From Hydrurus foetidus (taxonomy: Eukaryota), in contig UYFQ01000001.1 of assembly GCA_900617105.1 (NCBI GenBank), positions 682,001 through 746,000 on the forward strand: DNA of 64,000 bases, written 5' to 3'. The number at the start of each line of letters is the position of its first letter. Within the stretch, counting starts at the first letter, position 1. Position numbers and translations under genes: made by a program. This document shows, piece by piece, positions 39,323 to 50,037 of the stretch. The notes below the pieces were generated by a model. That model saw only the letters and a list, made by a program, of their open reading frames with translations, searched no databases and was not told where the DNA came from.

Positions 39323-40996
39323 ATGCCCCTCAAAATCTGCATCGCCCAGCTCAATTACACCGTCGGCGACATGCCCGGTAACGCGCAAAAAATCATCACC
39401 GCCGCCCGCACCGCCTACGCCGATGGCGCACGGTTGCTGTTGACGCCTGAACTCTCGCTGTGCGGCTACGCGGCGGAAGATTTGTACTTGCGGCCTTCGT
39501 TTGTGAGCGCCTGCGAGGAGGCGGTCAGCACTGTGGCGGCTGCTTTGGCTGACCTCATCGGCATGGTGGTTGTGTTGGGCCACCCGAGTGGGGGCGACAG
39601 CCGCACCAAGAGCGTCAGCGTGCAGCAGCGGCACAACGCGGCCAGCGTCATCAGTGAAGGGCGGGTGCTGCACACCTACGCCAAGCGCGAGTTGCCGAAT
39701 TACCAAGTCTTTGACGAGCGCCGCTACTTCACGCCGGGCGAGGGCGTGTGCGTGTTCCGGGCGGGCGAGGGGCAGGGCATCAAGTTCGGGCTGCTGATTT
39801 GTGAGGATGCGTGGTTCGACGAACCGGCCCGGCTGGCCAGAGACGAGGGGGCTGAGGTGCTGGTCGTCATCAACGCCTCGCCCTTTCACATGGGCAAAGG
39901 CGGCGAGCGCATTGATCGCATGGCGGAACGCGCCCGTGCCGTGCATTTGCCGCTGATTTACGCGCATTTGGTGGGCGGGCAAGACGAAGTGGTGTTCGAT
40001 GGCGGCTCGTTTGCCGTGGACAAGTTTGGCCTGTTGATGGCCCGTGCGTCCAGTTTCAAAGAAGAGCTGTTCACCATCGTCGCCCGGCAAGCCTGGGAAA
40101 CCATCAGCTTGACCGGCCCCATTGCCCCAGAGCGCAGCGTTGACGATGAACTGTGGGATGCCCTGGTGCTGGGCCTGCGCGATTACGTCAACAAAAACGG
40201 CTTCCCTGGCGTGCTGCTGGGGCTCTCGGGCGGCATAGATTCGGCGCTGGTGCTGGCGATTGCCGTGGATGCCTTGGGCAAAGACCGGGTGCGCACGGTG
40301 ATGATGCCTTCGCCTTACACCGCTGATATTTCGTGGATTGATGCCCGCGACATGGCCGCACGCATGGGGGTGCAGTACGACGAAATCTCCATCCTGCCCG
40401 AGTTTGAAGCCTTCAAAGCCTCGTTGGCGCCGCACTTTGTGGGCCGCGCTGAGGACACCACCGAAGAAAACATCCAGGCCCGCATCCGTGGCACGCTGCT
40501 GATGGCGCTGTCGAACAAGTTCGGCAGCATTGTGGTGACGACGGGCAACAAAAGCGAGATGGCGACGGGCTACTGCACGCTGTATGGCGACATGGCGGGC
40601 GGCTTTGCCGTCATCAAAGATTTGGCCAAAACCACTGTGTTCCGCCTGTGCCGCTGGCGCAATGCCAACGACCCGAACGGCACCTGCGTGAGCCCCATCC
40701 CTGAGCGCATCATCACCCGCCCCCCCAGCGCCGAGCTGCGCCCTGACCAGACAGACCAAGACAGCTTGCCCGATTACGCCGTGCTCGATGCCATCATCGA
40801 GGCCTACATGGAAAACGACGCGCGGGTGGAAGACATCATCGCCGCCGGCTACGCTAAAGCGGACGTGGACAAGGTGGTGCGCCTGCTCAAAATCAACGAA
40901 TACAAGCGCCGCCAAGCCCCCATCGGTATCCGTGTAACCCACCGTAGCTTTGGCAAAGATTGGCGCTATCCTGTCACCAGCAAATTTTGGGCCTAA
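39323..40996 (+). CDS. nadE: Glutamine-dependent NAD+ synthetase
   Basis: Nitrilase domain (TPELSLCGY, LPNYQVFDE, ICED) plus GLSGGIDS, ENIQARIRG and PPSAEL. Confidence 0.96.
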   Translation: MPLKICIAQLNYTVGDMPGNAQKIITAARTAYADGARLLLTPELSLCGYAAEDLYLRPSFVSACEEAVSTVAAALADLIGMVVVLGHPSGGDSRTKSVSVQQRHNAASVISEGRVLHTYAKRELPNYQVFDERRYFTPGEGVCVFRAGEGQGIKFGLLICEDAWFDEPARLARDEGAEVLVVINASPFHMGKGGERIDRMAERARAVHLPLIYAHLVGGQDEVVFDGGSFAVDKFGLLMARASSFKEELFTIVARQAWETISLTGPIAPERSVDDELWDALVLGLRDYVNKNGFPGVLLGLSGGIDSALVLAIAVDALGKDRVRTVMMPSPYTADISWIDARDMAARMGVQYDEISILPEFEAFKASLAPHFVGRAEDTTEENIQARIRGTLLMALSNKFGSIVVTTGNKSEMATGYCTLYGDMAGGFAVIKDLAKTTVFRLCRWRNANDPNGTCVSPIPERIITRPPSAELRPDQTDQDSLPDYAVLDAIIEAYMENDARVEDIIAAGYAKADVDKVVRLLKINEYKRRQAPIGIRVTHRSFGKDWRYPVTSKFWA

Positions 40997-41042
40997 AGCT
41001 GAGCTTGCATCAGCGCCCAGATTCGGATTAACACCTCTTTAA

Positions 41043-41405
<363 letters not shown>

Positions 41406-41422
41406 ATCCGCGTCGAACAAGG

Positions 41423-42151
41423 TCAGGGCTTGACGACTTCCAGCAGCCGGTCCAGCCCCCCCGCATTGATCGCCACCATCGCCTGCTCACGCACCTTGGG
41501 CTTGGCGTGGTAGGCCACCGAGAGGCCCGCGACCGCCATCATCGGTAAATCGTTCGCACCGTCGCCCACCGCAATGGTTTGGGCGGGGTTGATGCCCAAG
41601 AGCGAGGCGACTTCGAGCAGCGTGCGGCGTTTTTCAGCGCCATCGCAAATATCGCCCCACGCTTGCGTGACCACTTGGCCGGTGAGTTGGCCACAGTTCG
41701 GGCCACTTTCCACTTCCAGCACGTTCGCACGAACGAAATCAATGCCCAGTGTGTCCTTCACCCGATCAGCAAAAAACGTGAACCCACCGCTCACCAGCAG
41801 CACCTTCAGCCCCGCCGCCTTGCACGCCGCCACCAGCGTGGCCGCACCAGGGTTGAGCTGCAAGCGCTCTTGGTAGACCCGTTCCATATCGGCCACCGTC
41901 ACGCCCTTCAACTGCGCCACGCGGCGGCGCAAGCTGTCTTTGAAATCCGTGATCTCGCCGCGCATGGTGGCTTCCGTGATGGCCGCCACCTCCGCCTTGC
42001 GGCCAGCGGCATCGGCAATTTCATCAATGCACTCGATGTTGATGAGGGTGGAATCCATGTCGAACGCTATGAGCTTGAAGTCAGCAAGGCGCAGGGGCGG
42101 GGTGAAGCCTTGGACGATGAGGCCGGGGGAGGGTTCGGTTGAGGTTGTCAT
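41423..42151 (-). CDS. serB: Phosphoserine phosphatase
   Basis: HAD motifs FDMDSTL, VSGGF and GDGANDL. Confidence 0.94.
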   Translation of the reverse strand: MTTSTEPSPGLIVQGFTPPLRLADFKLIAFDMDSTLINIECIDEIADAAGRKAEVAAITEATMRGEITDFKDSLRRRVAQLKGVTVADMERVYQERLQLNPGAATLVAACKAAGLKVLLVSGGFTFFADRVKDTLGIDFVRANVLEVESGPNCGQLTGQVVTQAWGDICDGAEKRRTLLEVASLLGINPAQTIAVGDGANDLPMMAVAGLSVAYHAKPKVREQAMVAINAGGLDRLLEVVKP

Positions 42152-42158
42152 AGGGGAA

Positions 42159-42215
42159 TTGCTGTAATTTTGATAGCTAATAATGCTTTATTTGTGGGCT
42201 GTAATCAGCTTATTT
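42159..42215 (+). repeat. GCTAY-N7-RTAGC repeat, intergenic copy upstream of serB
   Basis: GCTGT-aattttg-ATAGCT-aata-ATGC... Confidence 0.6.
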
Positions 42216-42264
42216 CATGTCAATAATCAACTGCGCCAGCCGTCCTGTGGATGCCAACGCGTAT

Positions 42265-42696
42265 TTACACCAGCGGATTCACGGTGGCCAAGGCTTTGTA
42301 GCGGCTGAAGTCGCGGTCTGCACTCCACAGCACGGAAACGCCGTTTTCCAGGCAAATAGCGGCAATGCGGGCATCGTGGAATTGACCCCCTTGGAGCTTG
42401 GCTTGTTGGGTTAGCTCTGACAGCACCCGCCAGTGCTGGGGGCCGCTGTGCAAGATGTGCATTCTGGGGGCTTCAAGCCATGCGTCGATTTGCGCCAGCG
42501 CTTGGGTATAGCTGCTGGCGGGGCTGAAAATTTTGGGGTTGGTCACCACGGCCAAGAACTCATGCAGGCAACTGACGGGGATTCCCCAGTGCTGGCGACC
42601 TTCTGCCAGGGCGGTGACGCAGGCATAGGCTGCTGCGTGGAAGGTAGATTCTGCGCGGTGGGCATAAACCAGCACGTTGGTGTCAACGGCAATCAT
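42265..42696 (-). CDS. vapC: VapC-family PIN toxin (module 1)
   Basis: MIAVDTNVLVYA, EFLAVVT, HDARIAA and SADRDF; start reassigned. Confidence 0.9.
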   Translation of the reverse strand: MIAVDTNVLVYAHRAESTFHAAAYACVTALAEGRQHWGIPVSCLHEFLAVVTNPKIFSPASSYTQALAQIDAWLEAPRMHILHSGPQHWRVLSELTQQAKLQGGQFHDARIAAICLENGVSVLWSADRDFSRYKALATVNPLV

Positions 42697-42980
42697 TCTG
42701 GGGCTGCGCTGCTGCGGGTGGGGCTGGGGGGGACTGCCCATGCTGCGGCTACATGGGCTTCTTCCATTTCGCGCCATTGCCTGGGGTCTGCCACCAAGGT
42801 GGCGCCGCCGTGTACCCGTGCATCTTTGAGCTTGAAGCTGGGTTCGGGCTGGGTTTGTGCTTCGTGAAGTACCCGGCGCAGCCCTTCTTCAATCAAGGCT
42901 CGCAAGCTGGTGTGGCTGCTGCGGGCCAGTTCTTTGGCCGATTCAAACAGGGCATCGGACAGGTCAATGGTGGTTTTCAT
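42693..42980 (-). CDS. vapB: RHH-type VapB antitoxin (module 1)
   Basis: MKTTIDLSDALFESAKELA...SLRALIEEGLRRVL; overlaps the toxin start. Confidence 0.85.
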   Translation of the reverse strand: MKTTIDLSDALFESAKELARSSHTSLRALIEEGLRRVLHEAQTQPEPSFKLKDARVHGGATLVADPRQWREMEEAHVAAAWAVPPSPTRSSAAPE

Positions 42981-42985
42981 ATGGG

Positions 42986-43009
42986 CACCCGTATTTTTAA
43001 ATATGGGTG
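42986..43009. promoter_or_regulatory. Inverted repeat, probable antitoxin operator (module 1)
   Basis: CACCCGTATTT-TT-AAATATGGGTG (11-bp arms, 1 mismatch) directly upstream of the antitoxin start. Confidence 0.55.
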
Positions 43010-43022
43010 TATTTTAGGCGAT

Positions 43023-43475
43023 TTATTCGCGCAGCCAGTTTTCCACCCGCAAGCCGGGCACGCGCTTGAATTCGGTGTCGTTGTCGGTCACGAGCGTGCA
43101 GTCCAGTGCCAGGGCGTGGGCGGCGATTAAGGTGTCGTTGGGGCCTATAGGGGTGCCTTGACACTCTAGGTGGGTGCGGATGGTGGCGTAGTGTGCAATG
43201 AGGCTGGCATCCATCGGCATGGGGCGAATGAACTTCAGCATGGTGGCAATTTTGAGTGCAAGTTGTTCCGCCCCGGCTTTGGTGGCACCAAAGATCAATT
43301 CGCATTGCACGATCAGACTGGTACATAGGCTTTGCGGGTCTGCCAAATCCATCCTTTGCAGGCGCAATGCCAAGCTGCCATGAGGGTTGCGGATGGCGTG
43401 CGAAATGATGTTGGTATCGAGCATCCAACGGTTTTCAGCCGCTGAAGTCGCGGCTGTTGTTGGCGTTTTTCTCAT
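43023..43475 (-). CDS. vapC: VapC-family PIN toxin (module 2)
   Basis: MLDTNII, IGPNDTLIAAHA and LVTDNDTEFKRVPGLRVENW. Confidence 0.92.
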   Translation of the reverse strand: MRKTPTTAATSAAENRWMLDTNIISHAIRNPHGSLALRLQRMDLADPQSLCTSLIVQCELIFGATKAGAEQLALKIATMLKFIRPMPMDASLIAHYATIRTHLECQGTPIGPNDTLIAAHALALDCTLVTDNDTEFKRVPGLRVENWLRE

Positions 43476-43765
43476 AGAACAATATCGTCCAAGGGCAGTA
43501 AACCCTCGTCAACATCGGGGAACGGCTCTTCAATCGGTTCCCAATCTTTCATGGCTTCAAGCAGAGTGGCAAGACCGGGGCGGGCCGGTTCAATAATCAG
43601 TTTGTTGCCAACCCGTGTCATCGTGGCATCTTGGGTGGGGAATTCAAATTCACGCGGGATGCGCAGGGCTTGGTTGGCCCCGTTGCGGAACAGGCGGATG
43701 TTGCGCGTGGCGGAAACATCGGCGGTGGGGTCTGTGCGCCGTTGGGGCTGGGTTTGGGCTTGCAT
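43472..43765 (-). CDS. vapB: AbrB-type VapB/VagC antitoxin (module 2)
   Basis: RLFRNGANQALRIPREFEF and an acidic C-terminus; ATGA overlap with the toxin. Confidence 0.9.
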   Translation of the reverse strand: MQAQTQPQRRTDPTADVSATRNIRLFRNGANQALRIPREFEFPTQDATMTRVGNKLIIEPARPGLATLLEAMKDWEPIEEPFPDVDEGLLPLDDIVL

Positions 43766-43804
43766 GGCGGGTCTCCTGAAGCGGCTGAGGCTTTCAGTTT
43801 AGCC

Positions 43805-43822
43805 TATGCCTTGGCATATGCC
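43805..43822. promoter_or_regulatory. Overlapping palindromes, probable antitoxin operator (module 2)
   Basis: TATGCC-TT-GGCATA overlapping GGCATATGCC, about 40 bp upstream of the antitoxin start. Confidence 0.5.
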
Positions 43823-43857
43823 TAATGTGCCTGTGCAGCTCAAATGGCGGGAGGGGT

Positions 43858-44259
43858 TCACGCCTCGTACCAGTTTTCCAGCCGCAAGCCGGGCACGCGC
43901 TCGAACTCTCGGGTGTTGCGGGTGACGAGAGTCAGGTTATTGGCCAGTGCAATGCCTGCAATCAGCAGATCGTAGGGGCCAATGACACAGCCGCTTTTTT
44001 CCAGCGTGGCCCGCAGTTGGCCTGCTGCTGCTGCACTGTTCGCATCCAAGGGTAAAAAATGGTAGCGGACTAAAGCGGCATCCAAAAACAAGCGCAATGG
44101 CTTGGGGTGGGTTGATTTGGCGATGCCGCGTTCTATTTCCGTCACGTTGAGGGCACACAGGCAGAGGGCTTCAGCGCTGTGGCTGTGTATTTTGCTGCGG
44201 CACGCCCCTTGGTTTTTATAGGCGTAGATCAGGATGTTGGTGTCGAGCAGGTAGCGCAT
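43858..44259 (-). CDS. vapC: VapC-family PIN toxin (module 3)
   Basis: MRYLLDTNILIY, IGPYDLLIAGIA and LVTRNTREFERVPGLRLENW. Confidence 0.92.
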   Translation of the reverse strand: MRYLLDTNILIYAYKNQGACRSKIHSHSAEALCLCALNVTEIERGIAKSTHPKPLRLFLDAALVRYHFLPLDANSAAAAGQLRATLEKSGCVIGPYDLLIAGIALANNLTLVTRNTREFERVPGLRLENWYEA

Positions 44260-44274
44260 CAGGTGGGTTCCTGC

Positions 44275-44544
44275 TTATTCCCAAGACTCAATGGGGGTGT
44301 CAGTACCTAAGTCCGCATACCGAAGTTGGGGGTTGAGCAAGAAATCCAGTGCCTCGTCGTCGTTGGATTCGAGGCGCAGGCGGTCAATTTCAGCCCACAG
44401 ACCTTGCCAATCGTTTTGCTGCGCCGTTTTTGCAGCCTCAGCAAACTGGGCAAACCATTTGCTCACGGACAGTTTTGCCTTGGCCGCCGCTTCTTTGGCA
44501 GCGGCCAAGGTGTCGTCTTCCAGGTAGATGGTGACTTGGGTCAT
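44275..44544 (-). CDS. RHH/CopG-like antitoxin (module 3)
   Basis: MTQVTIYLEDDTLAAAKEAAAKAKLSVSKW with an acidic tail, directly upstream of a VapC. Confidence 0.8.
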   Translation of the reverse strand: MTQVTIYLEDDTLAAAKEAAAKAKLSVSKWFAQFAEAAKTAQQNDWQGLWAEIDRLRLESNDDEALDFLLNPQLRYADLGTDTPIESWE

Positions 44545-44707
44545 GGCCGTACTCCTTAAAATTACATGGGCAATTATATAAGTGTGCTGCACTTGCAGGC
44601 CGTAGTCACACTGACCCCATTGCTTTGATGGGATCCATAAATCGCTATTCTTCGTTGGCACTGCACGGGCCGCCGGTGCCCGCATGCCCTAAAAGGAGAT
44701 TTTCCTC

Positions 44708-45142
44708 ATGCCTTCACCTGAACTGATAACGCTCGTCTATGTGAGCAGCGCTACCTCGTTGATGTCAGAGCAAGATCTTGAAACCTTGCTGTTGAAGGCG
44801 CGAACGCTGAATTTGCAAAATGATTTGACAGGTATCTTGCTGTACAACGAGGGCAATTTCATGCAGTGCCTTGAGGGGCCAGAAAAGCCGTTGCTGGACA
44901 CCTATGAGCGTATCCAGCACAGCCGTGGGCACAACGACATCACTGAAATTTATCGCGGCCCGATTGAGCAACGCAGTTTTTCGTCTTGGGATATGGGGTT
45001 TTGCAGACCGACCCGGTCAGAGCAGCTGGCGTTGTCCAATGCCCGGTGGCGTGCGGCCACAGAGGATGCGTCTGCGCAGGCCAGCACATCTGCTGGATTG
45101 AGCTTGCTGCAAGATTTTTGGCAACGCGCCAGCAGCCGGTAA
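44708..45142 (+). CDS. Stand-alone BLUF blue-light sensor
   Basis: LVYVSSA, N...LTGILLY...FMQCLEG, H and RSFSSWDM; AGGAG RBS. Confidence 0.9.
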   Translation: MPSPELITLVYVSSATSLMSEQDLETLLLKARTLNLQNDLTGILLYNEGNFMQCLEGPEKPLLDTYERIQHSRGHNDITEIYRGPIEQRSFSSWDMGFCRPTRSEQLALSNARWRAATEDASAQASTSAGLSLLQDFWQRASSR

Positions 45143-45209
45143 CTGTCGTTAGCTGTTGATAGCCGTCGATAGTGGCAGGCGCGCCCCTTGCTGCGCTCTT
45201 CAGGTTTCC

Positions 45210-48200
45210 TTACGGTTGCAGCTCTTCGGTCTTGGGCTGCCCCAAGCTCTTGAGCACATCGCGCACCTGCTGCGCCCGGTCTTTCGGGTCGGGTACTTCG
45301 CGTTCAATCCGCAGTTTTTCGTTGCCTGACAAGCGGATGTGCTTGTTCTTTTGGATCAGCTGGATGATTTTCAGCGTCTCCACGGGCGGGTTGGGGCGGA
45401 AGGTGATGGTGGTGACACCGGGGGCGGCATCGACTTTCACCACGCCGTAGGGCTTGGCGATGACGCGCAGGCGGTGGACGTCGATCAGCGTTTGCGCTTG
45501 GGGCGGGAGTTTGCCGAAGCGGTCTACGATTTCTTCGAGCAGGTCGTCGATCTTGTCGGGGGTCTTGGCGGTGGCGAGTTTTTTGTAGAACGACAAGCGC
45601 AAATGCACGTCGCCGCAGTAGTCGTTGGGCAGCAAGGCGGGGGCGTGCAGGTTGATGTCGGTGGTGATGCCCAAAGGCTTGAGCAAATCGGGTTCTTTGC
45701 CGGCCTTCAAGCTGCGCACGGCTTCGCCCAGCATTTCGTTATAGAGCTGAAAGCCGATTTCCAGCATGTTGCCGCTTTGGTTTTCACCCAGCACTTCACC
45801 TGCACCGCGAATTTCCAGGTCGTGCATGGCGAGGTAAAAGCCGCTGCCGAGTTCTTCCATTTGCTGGATGGCATCCAGGCGTTGCTGCGCGTGCTTGGTC
45901 AGGCCTTCGATGTCGGGCACCATCAAGTATGCATAGGCTTGGTGGTGGCTTCGACCTACGCGGCCTCGGAGTTGGTGCAGTTGGGCCAAGCCGAATTTGT
46001 CAGCGCGGCTCATTACGATGGTGTTGGCGGTGGGCACGTCGATACCGGTTTCGATGATGGTGGAGCACAGCAGCAGGTTGTAGCGCTGGGCCACAAAGTC
46101 GCGCATCACGGCCTCTAGCTGGCGCTCGGGCATTTGGCCGTGTGCGATGGCGATGCGGGCTTCAGGCAGCAACTCTTCGAGCTTTTGGCGGCGGTTTTCA
46201 ATCGTTTCGACTTCGTTGTGCAAGAAGTACACCTGCCCGCCACGCTTCAACTCACGCAACACGGCTTCACGGATCACGCCGTTGCTCTCAGAGCGAACAA
46301 AGGTTTTGATAGCAAGTCGGCGTTGGGGGGCGGTGGCGATCACACTCAAATCCCGTAGCCCCTCCAGCGCCATGCCCAGGGTGCGGGGGATGGGGGTGGC
46401 GGTGAGCGTCAGCACGTCCACCTCGGCCCGCAGCGATTTCATCTGCTCTTTGTGGCGCACGCCGAAGCGGTGTTCCTCGTCGATGATGAGCAGGCCTAAG
46501 TCTTTGAATTTGGTCGATTCGCTCAAGAGTTTATGGGTTCCCACCACGATATCTACACCACCTTCAGCTATGCCTTTGATAGCGGATGTGATTTCTTTGC
46601 CGCTGCGAAAGCGCGAGACTTCAGCCACTTTGACGGGCCATTTGGCGAAGCGGTCTACCAGGGTTTGGTAATGCTGTTCGGCCAATAGCGTAGTGGGCGC
46701 GAGGAAGGCGACTTGCTTGCCGCCGGTGATGGCGATGAAGGCGGCACGCAGGGCGACTTCGGTTTTTCCGAAACCCACGTCGCCACAGATCAACCTGTCC
46801 ATAGGCCGGGGCGAAATCATGTCTTGGATGACGGCGTGGATGGCGGCTTTTTGGTCTGGAGTTTCGTCAAAACCGAAATCGTTGGCGAAGGTTTCGTAGT
46901 CGTTCGCGCTGTAACGGAAGGCGTGGCCTTCGCGGGCGGCCCGGCGGGCGTAGATGTTGAGCAGCTCTGCCGCGCTGTCACGCACCTGCTCGGCGGCTTT
47001 GCGCTTGGCTTTTTCCCACTGGCCAGAGCCTAGGCGGTGCAGCGGTGCTTCGTCTGCGCTGACACCGGTGTAGCGGCTGATGTGGTGGAGCTGGCTGACG
47101 GGCACGTACAGCGTGGCTTTGTCTGCATATTCGAGGTGGAGGAATTCTTGCTCTTGCGGGCTGCCGTCCGCGTTCTGGCCCATCCCCAGATCGAGGTTGA
47201 CCAAGCCCCGGTAGCGGCCAATGCCGTGGGCGTTGTGGACGACCGGGTCGCCGATGTTCAGCTCAGCCAAGTCCTTGATGAGGGCGTTAACGTCGCTGAC
47301 TTGCTCTTGTTTTTTACGGCGGCGGGTGGTGGGGCCAGCGGCGAAGAGTTCCGTCTCCGTCACGAAGTCCAAGCCTTCGTTAAGCCAACTGAAGCCCACG
47401 GTGAGGGCAGCGGTAGCGATGCCGACTTTCTCGTCACTCTTTTGGAAGTCAGCCAGCGAGTCGAACGCCGGGGGGCTGAGCTTGCTGGCACGCAAGAAGT
47501 CAAGCAGGCTTTCACGCCGCCCGTCGCTTTCGGCCAGCAGCAGCACGCGGTGGGGGGTGTTGCGGATGTGGGATTGCAGGCGGGCGAGGGGTTCTTCGGC
47601 ACCTCGGACGACGGAAAGGGCGGGGATGCTTGTGAAATCAGCGTTACCAGCTATGTCTTCGATAGCATCATGACCTGGTGCATGGCGTGGTTTGATCGCC
47701 AGTTGCGCGTAATCATTGCAGCGCGTGTAGAACTGCTCGGTGCTCAAAAACAGCGATTCCGGGGGCAGTGCGGGGCGCTCGGGGTCGTCTTTGACGAGGC
47801 GGTAGCGGTCTTTGGTGTCTTGCCAAAAGCGCTGGAAGGCGGGTTCCAGATCACCATGCAGCACGACAGTGGCGTTCGCGCCCAGGTAATCGAACACGGT
47901 GGCCGTTTGCTCAAAAAACAGCGGCAGGTAGTACTCGATACCCGCCGTGGCAACCCCGGCACCGATGTCTTTGTAGATGCGGCTCTTGGTCGGGTCGCCT
48001 TCCATCAGCTCACGCCAACGTCCCCGGAAACGGGCACGGGCCTCGTCGTCCATCGGGAATTCACGCCCTGGCAGCAAGCGCACTTCGGGCACGGGGTAGA
48101 GGCTGCGTTGGCTGTCGGGGTCAAAGGTGCGGATGCTGTCGATTTCGTCGTCGAACAAATCGACCCGGTAGGGCACCAGGCTGCCCATGGGGAAGAGGTC

Positions 48201-48718
48201 AATCAAGCCGCCACGCACCGCGTATTCACCGGGGCTGACGACTTGGGTCACATGGCTGTAGCCGGCCAGCGTCAGCTGTGCTTTGAGTTTGGCTTCGTCC
48301 AGCTTTTGTTTGACCTTGAATTCAAAGGTGTAGCCCGGCCAGAAAGCTGGGCGGCGCCAAGCGGTACAGCGCGGTGGTGGCGGGCACGATGACCACATCG
48401 GCGTCGTTGTCTTTGTTCCGCTGCTGTGATGCGCCACAGCGTGGCCAAGCGCTCGCTGATCAGGTCCTGGTGCGGCGAAAACGTGTCGTAAGGCAGGGTT
48501 TCCCAGTCGGGGAACAGGGCGGTACGCACCTCGGGGGCGAAGAAGGCCATTTCTTCCATCAGGCGCAGCGCATCGGTGGCGTCGGACGTGATGATGGCGG
48601 TGATTTTTTTGGCTGATTTTTCGCGCTGGGCAAGCTGGGCCAGCAGCAAGGAATCCGCTGAGCCTGGGGGGCGGGGCAGGGTAAAGCGTTTGCCGGGGGG
48701 GAGTTTGGGGAGGTCCAT
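45210..48718 (-). CDS. mfd: Transcription-repair coupling factor, with two apparent single-base insertions near the 5' end
   Basis: GDVGFGKTEVA, IIDEEHRFG and QLRGRVGR. The N-terminus MDLPKL...DWETLPYD is in another frame; removing one base at about 48427 and one at about 48335 restores a continuous frame. Confidence 0.93.
46565..46585 (-). repeat. GCTAY-N7-RTAGC core in mfd
   Basis: GCTAT-caaaggc-ATAGCT, encoding SAIKGIA. Confidence 0.55.
47615..47668 (-). repeat. GCTAY-N7-RTAGC repeat, in frame within mfd
   Basis: GCTAT-cgaagac-ATAGCT-ggta-ACGC-N9-AAGCA, encoding DAIEDIAGNADFTS. Confidence 0.72.
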
Positions 48719-48780
48719 GCAGCAGGGGGGTAGAGCCGGTGTCAGCGTCGGGCGCATCAAGGCGAAATAGCCATAACAAA

Positions 48781-48809
48781 GCACCCCAAACCAGGGCGGT
48801 GTGGGGTGC
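48781..48809. terminator. GC-rich hairpin between the GGDEF gene and mfd
   Basis: GCACCCCA...TGGGGTGC inverted repeat; role uncertain. Confidence 0.35.
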
Positions 48810-48887
48810 GATCAAGTCTAGCTTTGGATTTTAGGGCTTAAGTGCGTGCTTAAGGTGCGGCGTTATCAGGCGCTCAGTTTCTTCTGC

Positions 48888-49856
48888 TCAAACCACACAA
48901 ACCCGGTTACGGCCAGTCTCTTTGGCTGTGTAGAGGGCTATGTCAGATTGGCCCAGCAGGGTTTGCACAGATTGTCCGGGCTGAACCATGGCACAACCGA
49001 TGCTGATGTGCAGTGACAGTGGGCCGCTGTCGGTGTCGATCACCAAGTCCGAGATGCTCACGCGAATGCGGTCGGCCAACTCAGCTGCATGTGCCAGATC
49101 GGTTTGCGGCAAGATGATTAAAAACTCTTCACCGCCCCATCGGCTCACGCAGTCAATGGTTCTACAGCATTGGGTGAGTTGCAAGGCCACCGCACGCAGT
49201 GCTTGGTCGCCCACCAAGTGGCCGAGTTGGTCGTTCACCCGCTTAAAGTGGTCAATGTCGCAAAGCAGTACTGAAAATGCCGTACCGGTGCGTTGAAACC
49301 GCAGCCATTCGCTGTCCAGGCTGCTTTGGGCTTCTCGCCGGTTGGGCAGGCCAGTGAGTTCATCGGTGCGGGAAAGGCGGCTGTTTTCTTCCAGGGCAAC
49401 CGTCAGGTCATGGATATCCAAGAAGGCGACCATGTGGCAGTTGGGCAGGGTTGCCGAGTGCAATTCCGCTGTGATGTGAAACCAGCGGAGTTCACCGTTT
49501 TTGCATTGCACCAAAGACCGCGTTTGAGTGGTAGTCAGCCCTTTTTCCAAGCTCGTTTCTACAATGTTGTTCCAGTCTTGCATCCGGTTGGCACGGTATT
49601 GCGTATCAGGATAGGCAAGTCTGAAATAACTTTCAAGATCGGGCATCTCCGACATGCTGTAACCGATGTTTTCAATAAAAGCTTTGTTGAAAAAACGGTG
49701 CTTTCGCCCGCTGGCGTTGTTGCGATGGATGGGGTCGATGGCCTCAGACACCAGCAAGGGGATGGGCACAAAATCCATGCCTTTGAATAACAGCTCTTGC
49801 GTGTCATCCGCATGCAGCTCATCAGTGTCAAGGGGTTGGGTGGGGTGGGGGCACAT
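48888..49856 (-). CDS. PAS-like/GGDEF diguanylate cyclase
   Basis: TDELTGLPNRR, DIDHFKRVND, I-site RTID and SRWGGEEF. Confidence 0.93.
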   Translation of the reverse strand: MCPHPTQPLDTDELHADDTQELLFKGMDFVPIPLLVSEAIDPIHRNNASGRKHRFFNKAFIENIGYSMSEMPDLESYFRLAYPDTQYRANRMQDWNNIVETSLEKGLTTTQTRSLVQCKNGELRWFHITAELHSATLPNCHMVAFLDIHDLTVALEENSRLSRTDELTGLPNRREAQSSLDSEWLRFQRTGTAFSVLLCDIDHFKRVNDQLGHLVGDQALRAVALQLTQCCRTIDCVSRWGGEEFLIILPQTDLAHAAELADRIRVSISDLVIDTDSGPLSLHISIGCAMVQPGQSVQTLLGQSDIALYTAKETGRNRVCVV

Positions 49857-50037
49857 AAATTAACGGTTTTTCGTTTTATCTTAAGCCGCCACTCGTGGGT
49901 ATTCAAAGCTAAGTGGTTTAAATGGATGTAAATGATTATGACAAAAATGCTAAAAATGCCAAAAAAGTCCGTAAATAGCCCTGTCTGGGTTGCAGGCAAA
50001 ATAGACACCTTGTTCCATCTTTGATGAACACCCAACC

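Noticed and set aside
38756..40942. 728-aa minus-strand ORF; likewise 47037-48392, 55748-56860 and 57764-58705
   Set aside because: They lie antisense to well-supported genes (nadE/amidase, mfd, DUF1501, hydrolase) and reflect GC-rich codon bias.
44600..44705. Riboswitch upstream of the BLUF gene
   Set aside because: There is GC-rich pairing potential but no aptamer consensus I recognise; an Infernal/Rfam search is needed.
48338..48815. Novel N-terminal domain on the 1201-aa Mfd ORF
   Set aside because: It is out-of-frame translation; the real N-terminus lies in other frames.
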